From an uncultured Acidobacteriota bacterium (GTDB lineage: Bacteria; Acidobacteriota; UBA6911): 64,000 bases of DNA. The position numbers and the translations under genes were made by a program. The stretch spans positions 160,001 through 224,000 of the forward strand of contig CAWJKZ010000025.1 of the NCBI GenBank assembly GCA_963843575.1, in the 5' to 3' direction. Of this stretch, positions 60,085 to 64,000 are shown in pieces; the first letter of the stretch is position 1, and the number at the start of each line of letters is the position of its first letter. The notes under the pieces are model-generated. The model worked only from the letters and a program-made list of their open reading frames with translations. It ran no database searches and was not told the origin of the DNA.

Positions 60085-63000
60085 GGCCGCACCGGCGGGC
60101 CAGAATGCATGAGGACAAACGGCTCGTAGAGCCCGTAACCGACGGTGGAGTACCGAGCACCCGGCGGCGGGCCGGGACTGGGGCCCTTCTGGAACATGGC
60201 GGGCCAGGCGGTCCCCAGCGCCGGGCTCCCGTGGTGCGGTCCAAGCGTGTTCTTGAGGGTGCCGACCACGGTCACCTCGACGACGTTCGCCCCGGGACGA
60301 ATCCATTTTGTGACGTCCAGCTCCCAGGGAGCCGAGAGCACCAGCCCGGCCACCTGCCCGTTGACCTTCACCCGCGCGACACTGCCGTACCAGCGCCCCA
60401 GCCGGACGCGGCACTCCGCCGGCGCCACCCCGAGCTTGAACTCCTCGGTGTAGGAGACCCCTTCTGCATAGAACGGCTGGCCCTGTTCGTTCCACGCCCC
60501 CAGCGCCAGCGCCCGATCGGCTGAGATCTCGAATCCGCTGTCGGCCGCGTCGAGCGCAAAGTCGCCGAGGATGTATACCGGCTCGAGCTCGTGGTAGATG
60601 GTGAAGGGCGCCGCCTTCAGGACGAGTTCGTTCTCGCCGACGCGCGCCTCGCGGCTGATGTCGATCTTCCCGAAGGCCCGGTCGAGCCACCACTCCCCCT
60701 CGCGCGCCTCAACGCGCCGGCCGTTGCACAAGACGGTGTACAGGTCGGGCCGTTCCACGACGGCCGTGAGCCGTGCGGGGACGCGATCCTTGATCGTGAA
60801 CCGGTAGATGGCCTCGACGCCGCTCCCAGCCGGAAACGTCCGTCGAGATCAGCTCATCCTTGAACTGCACGGCGCTGTCCCAGGGGTTCCTCTCCATTCC
60901 GTTGTTCTTGAAGGCGAACTGGGATGCCTGGTAGAAGTAGGTCTTTTCCCGCTTCTCACCGCCGGCGCGCACGTCGATGTAGTCGACGACGAGAACGTTG
61001 GGTCCGACCCGTCGCGACCTGTGGCGATCCTTCGGGCCTTTAGCTCGGTCAGTCTTGCGGCCGGTTCGGGGGCAGGGGCGCGCTCCGACCGCGAGAGGAA
61101 CAACAGCAGCGAGCCCGCCTCGGGCAGATCGAACCGGCAGCGCGTGCCCTGGCCCGTCCGTCTCAAAGGAGTACGGCCGGACAACGCCGGTGGCCGGATC
61201 CCACTGCTCGACGCCCAGGGCCGCGGATTCGACCTGGCCCGACGAGCGGGATCGGGTGCTGGTGTTGACCAGGAAGAGCAGTTCTCCATCCTCGAGCCGG
61301 CGGCGGTGATGGAACAGGATGCCGCCGTCCCCCGGCGCTCGTGCGATCGAGAAACCCGGCGGGGCCTGCGCCGCCAGCAGGGCCGGCAGCCTGGCCGCCT
61401 CCACTCTCCTCCATCCGGGCAGGCGCGCCAGTTCCGCCCCGCGGTCCGAGACCGCGCCGTCGATGCGCTCGGGCGGCGCGCCGCAGGCGAGGAGCGTCCC
61501 GCCGGCCTTCAGAAAACGCTCCAGCAGGTCGGACGTCGCGCCGTTCAGATTCTCGGTCATCGGCGGCAGCACGACGGTCGTGTAGTCGCGGCGCCCGACA
61601 CGCAGAAGGCGCCCCTGCACCGACCCGTGGCGTGCCATGACGTCCTCGCAACCGAGATCGTACTCGACCTGGGCGCGTTCAAGCTCCAGCACCAGCCGCT
61701 GGAACGACCCGCCGAGCTGTTCGAGTTCGGGAGGGTTCTTTCCCGCCGGCGTTGTACATCCAGGCAGTCGTGGTGGGTTCCAGCAGCAGCACGTCGTTGA
61801 CTTGTTCCCCCGCCGCCAGCGCGACCGAAAGCCGCGCGAAATAACCGGCCGACGCGTGATAGTCCTCCCACCACGGCTCGTGGTAGGAGAACGACTGGGG
61901 GTGGTCGCGCTTGCGCGCACCCCGGAGCGAGACATAGGACAGGTGCTGGTCGAGCGTGTTGATCCCGAGAACGTAGAGCCAGTCGCCGATGCGCTTCATG
62001 TCCTCGAAGCGCAGGTCCCACCCGCCGGCGCCGTAGCCTTCCGACAGGGTGCGCGCCCGGCCGAGCTGGTTGGCGACGCTCGACACCTCCTTCACGGCGC
62101 GCACGTTGCCGAACTGCGCGTGGGTCTCCTCGCTGTACTGGTTCATCAGGGTGTCGATGCCGGGGCGCTGCTGCCAGGCCGACATCGCCATGTTGTCGGG
62201 GACGCTGGCGCAGTTGGGCCACTCGTGCTCCCAGTAGTGGCCGGTGAATTCGATCCCGTTCTTCTGGCAGTACTCGTAGTACGGCCGCGCCCAGCGCTCG
62301 ATGAACTGCTCGAGCAGTACCTGATAATAGTTGTGCCGGACCTTCTTCCAGTCGCCGGCCGGGTCGCGCAGCGCGGGAAGGTGGGCGGTCAGCCCGTAAC
62401 CCCAGCGTTGCCGGAACAGCTCGGGGAGCCGTTCGGTCCACGGGAGGCCGCCGGCCGGGCGCAACTGGGGCTCGTCGGTGAAAACGCCGGGGACGAGCTT
62501 GCCGAACTGGCCGCCGATCTCGCGCTTGTAAGCGTCCATCGTGATCGCCAGGAACTTCTCGGTCACCCCGGGATAGAGGAGGTCGACATAGTACTTGCCC
62601 CCGTACCAAGGACCAGGATTGGCGCGCAGCAGCGACGCGACGACGTAATGCGCCGGCGGCAGCGTCACGCCCGCCTTCGCGTCGAGGCTGACATCCTCGT
62701 ACCCGGTTGCGTCGGCACGGAACACCGCCAGGGTGTCTTTGCCCCAGCGCGGAGCCTCATCGTCCTTCAGCCCGAGTCCGCGCCCGCGCGCTTCGGGCAT
62801 CGCGTCCGGTACGAACCCGCCCGCAAACCCCGACGGGTAGGAGTTCTCGTCGTAGATCCACAATTTCATGCCCAGGCGGGCCGCCTCGTCCAGCGCGACC
62901 TTCCACAGCCTGAACCACTCGGGCGACAAATACGGCGTCATCAGGCCGGGGCGGGGGTGCACGAAAACCTGCTTGACCCGCTGGGCTGCAAGCTGACGGA

Positions 63001-63169
63001 TCGTGCCGAGCACCATGTCATCGGTCAGCATGTCGTTCCAGACCCACAGCGGGGCGGAACTGTATTCGGGCGGCGGATCAGCGAAGACCTGACGCACGCG
63101 CGCGGAGTTGTCCGCCGCAAATGTCGTTCCCGACAGCATCATCAGAAACAGCACCAGGTTGCCCTTCAT
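60081..63169 (-). CDS. Large secreted glycoside hydrolase (GH106/alpha-L-rhamnosidase-like), several frameshifts
   Basis: FADPP..YSSAPLWVWN, HPRPGL..YLSPEWF, WIYDENSYPSGFAGG, FTDEP, PGID, KEVSSVA..LG, YFARL; C-terminal beta-sandwich GANVVEVTV. Confidence 0.75.
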
Positions 63170-63299
63170 AGCACCCTCGCTATCGGACAAAGTGGGCCGC
63201 GGCGGCCCGACGCGGCCCCAAGGATCCTGCTGATACCGTGGCCTTCGGCTTCATCCGTGCCGGCAGGTCACCCGCAGGTGGGAGCGGGCCACCCCCACC

Positions 63300-64000
63300 C
63301 TACTCTTCCTTCAGGGAGCGCTCCATCAGTTCGCGGATGGCCTCGCGCGGCGAGATGTCCGCTTCCAGGATGCGATCGACCTGGTGCGTGATCGGCACCT
63401 CCACCCCGTGCTTCTCTGCCAGCCGGACGGTGGCCTTGGTCGTCTTGATCCCCTCGGCGACCATGCGCATGGAGGCGACGATGTCGGCCAGTTTCTCGCC
63501 CCGCCCGAGTTCCATCCCGACCATGCGGTTGCGACTGAGGTCGCCGGTGCACGTCAGGGCAAGATCCCCCATGCCGGCCAGCCCCGACATGGTTTCGCGG
63601 CGCGCCCCGCAGGCGCAGGCGAGCCGGGTTATCTCCGCCAGCCCGCGGGTCAGCAGGGCCGCCGTGGGGTTGTGGCCGAGGCCCAACCCGTGGATCACTC
63701 CTGCGGCGATCGCGATGACGTTCTTGACGGCGCCGCCGAGCTCCACCCCTGTCACGTCCGACGAGGAGTACAGCCGCAGGGTGGTCGAGGAGAACTCCCG
63801 CTGCACCAAGGCGGCCAGATGCCGCTCGGCCGCGGCAACGACCACCGCCGTCGGGTCGCCCCGCGCTACCTCCCGCGCAAAGCTGGGGCCGGAAAGGACC
63901 GATAGGTGCGGCTCGAATCGTTCGCGCACAACCGCACGGATGACTTCGCTCATCCGCATCAGGCTCTCGGTCTCGAGCCCTTTCGTGGCGCTGACAAAAA
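63300..64000 (-). CDS. gpsA: NAD(P)H-dependent glycerol-3-phosphate dehydrogenase, 3' part
   Basis: LSGPSFAREVA, GVELGGAVKNVIAIAAG, GLAGMGDLALTCTGDLSRNR, AEG..T. Confidence 0.95.
   Translation of the reverse strand, partial: FVSATKGLETESLMRMSEVIRAVVRERFEPHLSVLSGPSFAREVARGDPTAVVVAAAERHLAALVQREFSSTTLRLYSSSDVTGVELGGAVKNVIAIAAGVIHGLGLGHNPTAALLTRGLAEITRLACACGARRETMSGLAGMGDLALTCTGDLSRNRMVGMELGRGEKLADIVASMRMVAEGIKTTKATVRLAEKHGVEVPITHQVDRILEADISPREAIRELMERSLKEE

Noticed and set aside
2631-63169. Numerous frameshifts (ParB-like, cfa-like, OmpA, glgC, pntA, comM, NTase, SBBP, glycoside hydrolase) as pseudogenisation or programmed frameshifting
   Set aside because: Scattered single-base indels in otherwise intact conserved genes, with no accumulation of in-frame stops and no shared slippery motif, are best explained as sequencing or assembly error.
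1-64000. tRNA, rRNA or prophage genes
   Set aside because: None recognised by eye.

Overview
GC-rich bacterial chromosomal window, most likely Acidobacteriota (VWFA-related acidobacterial protein, acidobacterial-type PilZ, OmpA and large secreted proteins). Many conserved genes (glgC, pntA, comM/yifB, cfa-like, OmpA, ParB-like, glycoside hydrolase) carry single-base frameshifts that look like uncorrected long-read errors. Most of the window is ordinary metabolic and cell-surface genes. A visibly more AT-rich accessory block at about 40.8-51.8 kb contains the best candidate novel system, a RiPP cluster at 41247-45670. It encodes a lasso-type B2 leader peptidase, a 57-aa precursor missed by the ORF track (41735-41908; lasso-type leader FVKPELTKHESLPEVT, short aromatic core AFFATFQP), an HPr-kinase-like kinase, a SPASM/twitch radical SAM enzyme, a PqqD/RRE and a nucleotidyltransferase. 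There is no lasso cyclase and no acidic residue in the core. Also notable: an integrin-beta-like (vWA-in-hybrid) IPT/TIG surface protein, a cfa-like methyltransferase plus geranylgeranyl-reductase-like pair, a CTAG-flanked MITE, two dispersed intergenic repeat families, and a duplicated DUF6883/DUF4926 module sandwiching an IS701 fragment.
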